Source of the DNA: Trueperaceae bacterium
GTDB lineage: Bacteria; Deinococcota; Deinococci; Deinococcales; Trueperaceae
Assembly (NCBI GenBank): GCA_965213925.1
Contig: OZ243927.1
Location: 1,472,001 to 1,536,000 of the forward strand
Direction of reading: 5' to 3'
Length of the DNA: 64,000 nucleotides
Shown here: piece by piece, positions 9,518 to 18,115 of the stretch
Layout: each line of letters starts with the position of its first letter
Numbering within the stretch: the stretch's first letter is position 1
Made by a program: the position numbers and the translations under genes
The notes under the pieces: generated by a model
Databases searched by the model: none
The model's input: only the letters and a program-made list of their open reading frames with translations
What the model was told of the DNA's origin: nothing

Positions 9518-9830
9518 GAGCAACGAGTTAAAAGCAATGAGCAATGAGTACACTGTCAACTAAATAATGAGTGATGTCATTCTGAACGCAGCCCTACGGC
9601 GAGCGTAGGATAGACTCCGCGGAGTGAAAGAATCTCTGCCCTTGCTGACTCCTCTGACAGAGAACGAAAGTTACGAAGTTTTGGTATAGCCAAACGAGAC
9701 CCTCACGCCTTCGCCGAAGCTCCGCTCTACTTCGTGAACAGGGTGACAGCAGTAAGAGAGTATCGATACTTAATTAACGGTGTAATGAGTGAAAATCTTT
9801 AGACTCATTGCTCGTTGCTCATTGCTCGTT
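9518..9830. repeat. inverted heptamer-repeat hairpin (GAGCAAY)n...(RTTGCTC)n interrupted by a MITE
   Basis: Left arm GAGCAACGAG...AGCAATGAGCAATGAG; right arm CTCATTGCTCGTTGCTCATTGCTCGTT. Confidence 0.75.
9549..9784 (+). mobile_element. MITE family A (236 bp)
   Basis: TIRs TACACTGTCAACTAA / TTAATTAACGGTGTA; ATGAG duplicated on both flanks (9544-9548, 9785-9789). Confidence 0.85.
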
Positions 9831-9890
9831 ACTTCCCTACTTGTTCTACAAAACAGCGGAACTCACCGCGCTATCTGCTACGCTAAAGCT

Positions 9891-10253
9891 ATGGAACAAG
9901 CTACCCCCACCCCAGCCGAGCAAAACGGAAGTGCGGACCTTCCCACGAAAGAGGCGCTTTTAGAAGCGCTTAAAGTCGTGAAAGACCCTGAAATCCCTGT
10001 GAACGTCGTGGACTTAGGGCTCATCTACAACGTCGACGTGAAAGAGGGCGGTGAAGTCGACGTTGAGATGACGCTAACGAGCATGGGCTGCCCCGTTCAG
10101 GACATGATCCAAGCCGACGCCGAACTCGCCTGCATGAAAGTGGATGGCGTGAAAAAGGTCAACGTCGAGTTCGTGTGGTCGCCGCCCTGGTCGCCCGAGA
10201 AGATGTCGGACGACGGGAAAAAGCAGATGCGGATGTTTGGATTCAACATCTGA
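9891..10253 (+). CDS. metal-sulfur cluster assembly factor (DUF59/SufT-like)
   Basis: DPEIPVNVVDLGLIY, MTLTSMGCP and WSPPWSP motifs; TACGCT-N6-ATG. Confidence 0.9.
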   Translation: MEQATPTPAEQNGSADLPTKEALLEALKVVKDPEIPVNVVDLGLIYNVDVKEGGEVDVEMTLTSMGCPVQDMIQADAELACMKVDGVKKVNVEFVWSPPWSPEKMSDDGKKQMRMFGFNI

Positions 10254-10284
10254 GCTAGATGTCATCTAACAGCTAATGTGCGGC

Positions 10285-10312
10285 GTAGGGGAGGTTCATG
10301 AACCTCCCCTAC
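10285..10312. repeat. GTAG-type REP palindrome (family B)
   Basis: Perfect 28-bp palindrome GTAGGGGAGGTTCATGAACCTCCCCTAC followed by TTTT. Confidence 0.85.
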
Positions 10313-10407
10313 TTTTGTGAAAATTTTGCGGCAGCGGGCTATATAGGTCTTTCATACTTGAGAAGAGGTGCGCCGTTGCGCCTTAGTCTCGAGTTTAGGA
10401 ATCCACC

Positions 10408-10977
10408 ATGATTAGACCTCTTTCATTCGCGTTAGCCGCCCTCCTTTTGCTTGCTTCATGCGCACCGTCGGCAAGTTCGTCGAACTACGCCGAGCAAATT
10501 TCCGAGAACTTCTTTCGCCTGCCCGACACCTTCAGCATGAACGGAATAAGAAAACAGAAGAGAACAGTCGTGCCCGTTAAACCTGGTCAAACGGTTTTGG
10601 TAGAGAGACCTTCGACGACCGAAGACGGCATCATCGCCTTGACCAGTACCAGAAGGAAATCCGCGCCCATCGTTTATGACGAAACTGAGAAGTACGTTAT
10701 CGCCGAACTAATAGCGCCGCAGGGTTGGACAGCGAGTATCAACTCTGTAAAAAAGGTCGTTGAGTTTGATTCATCAGTGCGATTGGATGCGTACCACTGG
10801 GTCGATATGGGCGGAAATTACGAGCTGAAAGGTACGGGTATGATTCGCTCCAGCAATATCATTAGCTTCACCGTTCCGGAGGATACGCAGCCGGGACGCT
10901 ACCGCTTTAGAGCGCAGTATGAAGCCGAGGGGAAGAAATACCCACCTAGTATCGAGTTTATCGCAGAAGTCCTCTGA
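10408..10977 (+). CDS. hypothetical lipoprotein
   Basis: Lipobox LASC; beta-rich, Ig-like C-terminus (FTVPEDTQPGRY); more AT-rich than its neighbours. Confidence 0.7.
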   Translation: MIRPLSFALAALLLLASCAPSASSSNYAEQISENFFRLPDTFSMNGIRKQKRTVVPVKPGQTVLVERPSTTEDGIIALTSTRRKSAPIVYDETEKYVIAELIAPQGWTASINSVKKVVEFDSSVRLDAYHWVDMGGNYELKGTGMIRSSNIISFTVPEDTQPGRYRFRAQYEAEGKKYPPSIEFIAEVL

Positions 10978-10995
10978 ATTTTTAGGGTAGCAGGC

Positions 10996-11024
10996 GTAGG
11001 GACGGGCTTCAAACCCGTCCTTAC
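10996..11024. repeat. GTAG-type REP palindrome (family B)
   Basis: GTAGGGACGGG-CTTCAAA-CCCGTCCTTAC; supplies the addA stop codon. Confidence 0.8.
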
Positions 11025-13754
11025 GCGCTTTCCGAAGCGAGCCCCTCCCTAAACGCCTCCTCGAGTACTTCCAGTTGCAACCTCACAACCCGCTTGTCCC
11101 GCAGATACACGAGTTGCACCTGCGGCGTCACCTTGCGGACCTCGCGGATCGCCTGCAAGTAGACGCCGAGCTGGAAGTGATAGCGCTCCGGCTCGACGAC
11201 TTGATCGGTTTTGTAGTCCTCCAAAATCCAATCGTCACCGACGCGGTAGAGGCGGTCGATGACGCCCTGCCAGACGGTCGCGCCGCGGGGCAGCGCCATC
11301 GGCAGTTCGGGGTGGTCTTCGTCGCGCGCGTTTAGGGCGGGGAGTTCGTTTCTCAAGAGGTCTTCGTAGTTGCTAAGTAACCCTCCGACCTCGAGCAAGA
11401 TATCTTGCTGCTCGTTCTCGCTAAAGGGAAACATCACCTCTTGCGCCCCTCAAATTGTGAAGGTGTACTGGATTGTCCGCGCGCCAATTCTGCGAGATGG
11501 CGTAGTGAACCAAGGTGCCCACCGTGCGCGAGCGACCCGGCAAGCGCTCGCCCTCGTCGGGGTCGGCGATGGGCAGCGGTTCGAAAGGGGCTCCTTTGAG
11601 GCTCGAGGGCGACGACACGGGCGGATGCGGATGCGGCGGGAAGGTGCGCGCGACCCAGGGGGAAGGCTCGAGGCTAGGGCGCACCTTATGATTGGAAGAG
11701 GTCGCGGTGACAGGCGCATACGCCCACGTTTTGAGGACGAAGTCGGGGCGCGCCCAAGACGCCGCGCCCGCGCCTAGACCCATCGCGTCCAACCCTTTCG
11801 CCCAACCGTCGGGCTTAGTCCCCTTCACGCTGCCGCTCATCAGCAGCACGTCTTTAGCGCGAGACGCCGCCACGTAGAGCAGGCGGTAGCTCTCCTCTTC
11901 CTCTCGAGCTTGCGCCGCCTCCTTCATCGCCCCGAACTGCGGCGTGTCTTTCAGGGCGAGGTGCCCGGTTTTGGGCTCTACATACAGCGGTTGCGGGTGG
12001 TGATAGGTCTTGCGCCCTAAGTCGAAGACGGCGACCGCGTCCCACTCGAGCCCCTTCGCCCGGTGGACGGTGAGCAGCGAGATCCCCTCGCCGCTCTGCG
12101 GCACGTCGCCCGCTTCGGCTTGGCGGCTCAGGAGGTCGAGGCGCTCTAGCAACACTTCGATTTCCCCCGGCGGCTGCTCCGCGACGGTAAAAAGGAGCGC
12201 GTCCACGTTTTCTCTCGCCCGCGCCTCCAGAAAGTCCATGTAGCGCTTGCCGCCGACGAAGGGCTCCCGAATCAGAAATTTAAGCGCCGCGAGCGGGGTC
12301 GCGCGGACCTGTTCGCGGATTCGCGCCAAGCGTCCGAACAGCTCGGGGTAGTCAGACCCCAAGCGGGCGACGGGGTCTTCCGCCGAGAGGACCCGGTCGA
12401 GTTCGTCAAGCTCGAGCGCGGCAAAGGGGCTCCGCAGCCACGCGCCTAAGCTCAGACCGGACGGGTCGATGCCGACGCGCAGCGCGTGGTAGAGGTCGCG
12501 CACTTCGATGCGTTCGTAGTAGCCGCGCCCTTGCAGCAAGACGTAGGGGAGACCCGTCGCGTCCAGCGCGGCTTCCATGTAGGCGAGCCCGCTGTAAGAC
12601 CTAGCCAAGACCGCCATCTGACCCGGCGCGTAGTGTTCGCATAGCGCCGCCAGCCGTTCCGCCAAGACCTTCGCTTCATAGCGGCGCAGGTCGCCCACCG
12701 GCTGCTCGCCCGTGACCCAGTGAAGCTCGACGCGCCCGCGTTTCTCGGCTTGCGCGCCGGCGGCGTAGACTTCGGGGGCTTCGTTTTGGCTAAAGCCTAA
12801 GTTGTGCGCCGCAAAGGTGCGCGTCATGCCGTTCAGAAAGCGCGTCAAGACGGCGGCGTGGCGGCGCGTTTTGTCCAGTGGCGCTAAGACGTCGCCCGTG
12901 CGGAGCGCGCGGCGGAAGACCTCCACGTCGGCGTTCCGAAAGCCGTAGATGGACTGCTTGGGGTCGCCCACGACTTCGACGCGGATGTCGGCGGACTCGA
13001 GCCGCCTAAAAAACTCCCCCTGCAGCGGGTTCACGTCCTGAAACTCGTCCACGAGCACCACGCGGTAGCGCGCCGCGAGACGCGCCAGCGCGTCCTCCGT
13101 CTGCGCCATCACGAGCGCGCGCCGCTCGACCTCGGCGGGCGGCAAGAGCCGCGCCCCCAAGCGCACGCGGTAGCGGTCATACACCGCGTCAAAGAGCTTG
13201 AGGAGCGCCGTATTTGTGGTGTTCGGCGCGTCCTCGCGGTTTCTGAAACGTTCCGTCAGGGAGCGCTGTCCGAAGAGGTGCATGACGAGCGGCGCGGCGT
13301 TCTCGCCGAGGGCGCTCACAGCTGGGTAGAGACCGTGCTTGGGGTCGTTCGCCACGTAGAGGAGTGAGGTCAACTCCTCCTCGAACATGACCGACGCCTC
13401 CCACTCACCGAGCGAGCGCACGTCCGGGTCTAAACCCAACTGCGGCGCGACCAAGCGCAGCGCCTCGCGCATGAAGCCGTGGATGGTGGTGAGCGTCGCG
13501 CCGCTCAGCTCGCGTTCGGCCTCCTCGAAGGAGGCCCTCGCGTCCGGCGGCGGGCAGAGGTCGAGGTAGCGCCCGGTCTCCAGGACGACCCCCAACCCCG
13601 ACGCGACGCGCTGGCGCAACTCGTTCGCCGCCGTGCGCGTGAAGGTGACGCCCGCGACGCGGCGGAGCGGCGTTCCTCCAGACAGAAGCTCCAAGTAGCG
13701 CCGCACCAAGCTCGTCGTCTTACCCGTGCCAGCGGAGGCGACGCGGACCCTCAC
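11021..13754 (-). pseudogene. addA: AddA-like UvrD helicase-PD-(D/E)XK nuclease, frameshifted at ~11446-11449 (true lesion or sequencing error)
   Basis: ASAGTGKT, DEFQD, GDPKQSIYGFR, TVHRAKGLE and YVAASRA in the 777-aa ORF; the nuclease motif GVIDRL...EDYKT...QLGVY lies in the next frame. Removing one G joins them as NLRAQEVMFPF. Confidence 0.8.
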
Positions 13755-13768
13755 GCTAGCCCGTCACC

Positions 13769-16090
13769 TTAGCGCTGCCCCACGCGGCACAGGTCGAAGA
13801 CGCGGCACTCGCGGCATACGAAGCCGGGGCGGGGCGTCACGTCGCCCCCCTCAAAGCGGACGAACGCGCGCGACGCCTTCTGCTGCCGCGACGCGATCTG
13901 CCGCCACACGTAGCTGATGGGGGCGCCGAACACGTCGACGGGCTCGCCCAACACGGGCAGGAGGTAGAGCCGCACGCCGGAGATGCGCGGACCATACGTG
14001 TCTATAAGGTGCCCCGCCGCCCACAGCTCGTTCCAGCGGTGCGGTTTGCGGACCCACGCCTCGGCGTCCGCTTGGGTCCAGGGCCCCGGTTGCACGAAGG
14101 TGTAGAGCCGCATCTCCTGCCCGGAGCGACCCGCCGCGTCGAGCAGGGCGAAGGGACCGCTCGAGCCTTCGGGCAGCGCCACGCCGTAGGTCAGCGGCAG
14201 GAGGGTTTCCTCTATAGTTGCCAGCCACGCCGCCGCCTCCGGGTAGCGCGCCTGGAGCGCCCCGAGTCTCGCGACGTTAAGCTTGCGCACCTCGCGCAAA
14301 TCGCGCACGAGCGCGCGCCACCAGGGGAGGTCCTCTTGCGCTACGCGCCGCTCCGCCCAGTAGCGAAAGCCGCACGCGGCGTAGCGCGCTAAGGCTTGGA
14401 CGCGCGGCGAGCCGAGCCTGACAGCCTTGAACGACGGGTCGAAGGGGGAGGCTTGGTGCAGCTCGAGCCGACTCCCCGCCGCTACCGCCGGCAGAGGCGC
14501 GCAAGCCGCCCCGACGAGCGCGGGCTCCGGCACGAGCGGTCCGCCCTGGTCGGCTTCGGGATACGTCACAACGACCTCGTCGCCCCGCGTGAGCAGTTCG
14601 GCGAAGAGGAGCGCATCGCGCCCTAAAAAGCGTTTGGGGAGCCCCGCCCCTCGCTCCGGGCTGAAGATCGCCTCGAGCGACCCCCGTTTCTCCTCCGGCG
14701 TAAAGTAGTCCTCCGCCTCGCCGACCGTGTACGCGCCCTCGACCGCGTGCGCGACGTAGACCCGCCTAAAGCGCCGCCCCGAGGCGAGCTTGGCGGTAAG
14801 CAGCGCGACGCCCCCTTTCGGTCGCGAGAAGAGAAAGGTCTCTTGCAAGAGCGCCCCCCACCAGGCGCGGAACTGGGCACCTTTAGCGAGTTGCGCGGCC
14901 TCTTTGGCGCGCTCTAAGGCGTGGTCCTTGAAACTGCCCCAATCGAAGCGCGCCGCGTTCACCCCGAATTCAGGCAAGCTCTCCACCAAATCTTGCGCCC
15001 ACGCAAGCTCGCCGTCCGGCACGTCTAAGCGCCCCAGCCACGCGCGCCACCGCTCGCTCTCGCCGACCTCTTGCGCTAGGAGCGTCAGCGCCTCGCGCCC
15101 CGCCACGCCCCGCGTGAGGGCGGCTTTGGCTAGGGGCGCAAGTTCGGGGATGGCTAATAGCCTCGAGGCGGTCGGGTAGTCGGGCAGCTCCAAGAGGTCC
15201 AAAAGAAGGCGTCCTTGCGGCGTCTCGGCGAGCGCCTTGGGCGTCTCGTCCATCGTCGGCACGCCGTACTCGTCCGCTAGGGACAAAAACGCCCGCACCT
15301 CTCGCTCGGGCAAGATGACCGCTAAGTCCAGGGCGTCGTAGCCGTTCGCCAGGTCGCGCTTGAGGGCGCGCAGGAGCCAGCGCGACTCGGCGACGGGGTT
15401 CGGCGCGCGGTGGGTCTGGACATTGCATGTGCTCGCACGTTCGACCCTTTCGCTCGCCTCTTCACCGGGCGGCGCGTCGGGCAGGCTCAGCCACACGTCT
15501 GTTGTCTGAGCGAGGGCTTTGTAAAGTTCAAGCTCCAAAGGTCCGAGTTCCCTAAAGCCGTCGACCACGATGAGGTCGGCTTCGGGCTCCGCGTCGCCGG
15601 AGAGGGCTAAATGGAGAGCCTCGAGCCGAAAGTCGTCGTAGTCCCACGTCTCACCTTTTAGCGCCTCGTAAAGACGTAACACGGCGCGAAAACGCGCGGT
15701 CTCCTCGTCGTGCACCTCGACCTCTCGCCAGGTCAATCCGAAACGCTTCGCCTCGGCAACCGCCCGCGTGAAGAGCCGCGCCTCGCCCGGCGAGGGCAGT
15801 TCGTTACGCAACTTTTTAAGCGCTTCGCCGACCAGCGCGATGCGCCCCGTGCCGACGACGAGCGGCTTGAGCTTGAGCGCGTGCGCGAGCAGGCGGTAAT
15901 AAACCTGCTGCGAGGAGAGGAATTCCAGACCCAAGACCGCGCCCTCTTCAGCCAGTCGCCGATAAACGTAAGCGCGCTGACTCGGCAAGCCGACCCACCA
16001 CACGCGCTCGCCCCGGTGCGCCGCCCTTCTCGCGACGCCTAACAGCTTCGTCGTTTTGCCCGCGCCTGGCGGACCGGTGAGGAGGTTCAC
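13769..16090 (-). CDS. addB: AddB-like helicase/nuclease partner with Fe-S cysteines
   Basis: GPPGAGKT Walker A; YAACGFRY and terminal CRECRVFDLC; directly upstream of addA; TATAGT-N7-GTG. Confidence 0.75.
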   Translation of the reverse strand: MNLLTGPPGAGKTTKLLGVARRAAHRGERVWWVGLPSQRAYVYRRLAEEGAVLGLEFLSSQQVYYRLLAHALKLKPLVVGTGRIALVGEALKKLRNELPSPGEARLFTRAVAEAKRFGLTWREVEVHDEETARFRAVLRLYEALKGETWDYDDFRLEALHLALSGDAEPEADLIVVDGFRELGPLELELYKALAQTTDVWLSLPDAPPGEEASERVERASTCNVQTHRAPNPVAESRWLLRALKRDLANGYDALDLAVILPEREVRAFLSLADEYGVPTMDETPKALAETPQGRLLLDLLELPDYPTASRLLAIPELAPLAKAALTRGVAGREALTLLAQEVGESERWRAWLGRLDVPDGELAWAQDLVESLPEFGVNAARFDWGSFKDHALERAKEAAQLAKGAQFRAWWGALLQETFLFSRPKGGVALLTAKLASGRRFRRVYVAHAVEGAYTVGEAEDYFTPEEKRGSLEAIFSPERGAGLPKRFLGRDALLFAELLTRGDEVVVTYPEADQGGPLVPEPALVGAACAPLPAVAAGSRLELHQASPFDPSFKAVRLGSPRVQALARYAACGFRYWAERRVAQEDLPWWRALVRDLREVRKLNVARLGALQARYPEAAAWLATIEETLLPLTYGVALPEGSSGPFALLDAAGRSGQEMRLYTFVQPGPWTQADAEAWVRKPHRWNELWAAGHLIDTYGPRISGVRLYLLPVLGEPVDVFGAPISYVWRQIASRQQKASRAFVRFEGGDVTPRPGFVCRECRVFDLCRVGQR

Positions 16091-16182
16091 GCTCCACACT
16101 ATACCTAGCATGTGGGCGTTCGAGGGAGATTTCGTAGCGTAAAAGGCGTTTTAGCGTCGTTCCTTTTTGAACTTAGCGGTAG

Positions 16183-16384
16183 TACAGCGTTAAGTAAAAA
16201 ATGAGGTGTGTCATTCTGAGCGGAACCCTCACCAGGGCAGGCTCCGTGGAGCGTAAGAATCTCTGCCCTTGCTGACTCCTCTGACAGAGATTGTGAGACG
16301 AGACCCTCACGCCTTCGCCGGACTTCGTCGTACTACGTGAATAGGGTGACATGTAAGAGGTAGCAATATTTTGTTGATAGTGTA
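16183..16384 (+). mobile_element. MITE family A (202 bp)
   Basis: Ends TACAGCGTTAAGTAA / TTTGTTGATAGTGTA; GTAG on both flanks; same core as 9549-9784. Confidence 0.8.
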
Positions 16385-16422
16385 GTAGCCAGCCCAACTG
16401 AACCTCAGCGCATCAAACCATC

Positions 16423-16794
16423 TCAAAGAGTGAGCCAGAGAAGCGCGAAATGGATGAGGGCTAAAGCTGCCGCGCCGTAGATGAATAGGCGAGATTGCGC
16501 CGTGCGAAATTCGTATTGAGGATGTGCCGAAAGCCGCCAATGCAGCCCCGCGTGAACGACCATAAAGAGGTCGAGACCTACCATCGTCCAAAACTGTACC
16601 GCTTCACTTGGAAAAGCAGCCAGCCAGAGGAGCAGGGCGACGACCGGCACGTGAAGAAGGACAAAAGCCCGCCGCGCGCCCTCGTCGGGCAGGGCGCGAA
16701 GCACGAATAAGAGTCGCCATTCGCGCTTGTGGACAGCGTCGAGTTCATGCGCGAGCAGCGTCGAAAAGGCGAGGTAGAAGACGAGGTCGAGCAA
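16423..16794 (-). CDS. small membrane protein (HELDA motif; DUF6713-like)
   Basis: Four hydrophobic segments; LAHELDAV...EWRLL; conserved-looking His residues. Confidence 0.7.
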   Translation of the reverse strand: MLDLVFYLAFSTLLAHELDAVHKREWRLLFVLRALPDEGARRAFVLLHVPVVALLLWLAAFPSEAVQFWTMVGLDLFMVVHAGLHWRLSAHPQYEFRTAQSRLFIYGAAALALIHFALLWLTL

Positions 16795-16932
16795 GGGTCT
16801 AGCGGCTGGGTGAGTCGCCTAAACGAAGTGCGGTGCTATTTTTGGCGCGCTCTAACGCCTCTACTCGGTGACACCTAGCCTGTTCACCGAGTCGCTCTCT
16901 CGTCTGCCGTGTAGGGGTACGCATAGCGTATG

Positions 16933-17877
16933 CTACACCTCTTCATGAAACTCGTTATAGCGAACCAGTACCTTTACGGGGCGAAGTTCACCGCTTGCGA
17001 GCTGCGCAAAGGTCTTGGGCAAAGCCGCCGCGCTCACCTCGAGGTCGAAAAGCGCCGTCAGTTTGGCGAGGTCAGGCAAGCCGAAAAACCACGTTGCGTG
17101 CTCCTGGTAGTCTTCACCGTCGCTCGAGCCCACCACCCGAAGTTCCTTTTGGTGAAACTGCGGGGTCAGCTCGAGCGGTTCGACGTTGCCGTCCGCCAGA
17201 ACGCAGAGTCGCCCGCCCGTTCGAAGGTTGTCTTGCAAGAGGGCGAAGGCGGCGTTGCGACTCGAGCATTCGAACCCAGCCGTATAAGAGGTCTGAATTT
17301 TATGAGCTTCTTCAAGTGTAAGGACGTTCGTCGCGCCCAACTGGAGGGCTAGCTCGAGCCTCGCCCTGACAGGTTCCACGACATCGACCTCTTGCACGCC
17401 GAGCGCTTTCAGGACGAAAAGCGTCAACAGCCCGATGGCACCTGCGCCCGTCACGAGCACCCGCTCACCGGGTCGCGGCACGACTTTAAGGACGCCTTTC
17501 TTGACATCGTTCGAAAGGATGGCGAGCAGTGCTAAGCGTGGGTCTAAGTCTCGAGGGGCGGGAATGAGTCTGTCTGTGGCGAGAACCTCGTGCGTCACGT
17601 GTCCTTCAGAGGTCACGACGCGGTCTCCTACGCGGAAGCCCCGGACCTCTTCGCCTACGCCGTCGACGATACCGTAGGTCTCGTACCCGGTCATCTTAGG
17701 ATAGGTGACGTGGGCGGGATTTCTGGCGTCGCCCGTAAAGAGCGGCAGCTCTGTACCAAGACTGAGGGCGCTATAGAGCGTGCGGACCAGAACCTCATCC
17801 TTTTGAAGTTTCAGAGACCGAGCTTGCCACGCCAACGTGCGCGGCGCGGTGAGCAAAAGCGTATGCGAAAGGGTCAT
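16933..17877 (-). CDS. MDR-family (zinc-binding alcohol dehydrogenase-like) oxidoreductase
   Basis: SLGTE, GYE..G.V..VG...F.VGDRV and the VTGAGAIG Rossmann motif. Confidence 0.85.
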   Translation of the reverse strand: MTLSHTLLLTAPRTLAWQARSLKLQKDEVLVRTLYSALSLGTELPLFTGDARNPAHVTYPKMTGYETYGIVDGVGEEVRGFRVGDRVVTSEGHVTHEVLATDRLIPAPRDLDPRLALLAILSNDVKKGVLKVVPRPGERVLVTGAGAIGLLTLFVLKALGVQEVDVVEPVRARLELALQLGATNVLTLEEAHKIQTSYTAGFECSSRNAAFALLQDNLRTGGRLCVLADGNVEPLELTPQFHQKELRVVGSSDGEDYQEHATWFFGLPDLAKLTALFDLEVSAAALPKTFAQLASGELRPVKVLVRYNEFHEEV

Positions 17878-18115
17878 TTGGCTTTATATTATGACGTTGT
17901 GGCGTGGAGCAGCGTATGTGCTCATCTGCAAGGCAAGTCACGGCGTGAGCGTGTGGCGTGGCACTAAGCCTTTGACCGCCACGCTTTTACTCGACCTTTT
18001 GCGCTCCGTGCTCACCGTTCTAACCTAGCGTCTTCATTCATATGGGCGCGGTGTCAAGATGCAATGAAGAATTTCACAGTTGTGCGTTATGCTTGACTTT
18101 ATGAGGGGCACCCCT

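Noticed and set aside
9789..9890. N-terminal extension of the SufT-like ORF
   Set aside because: It derives from heptamer repeats; the -10 box points to ATG 9891.
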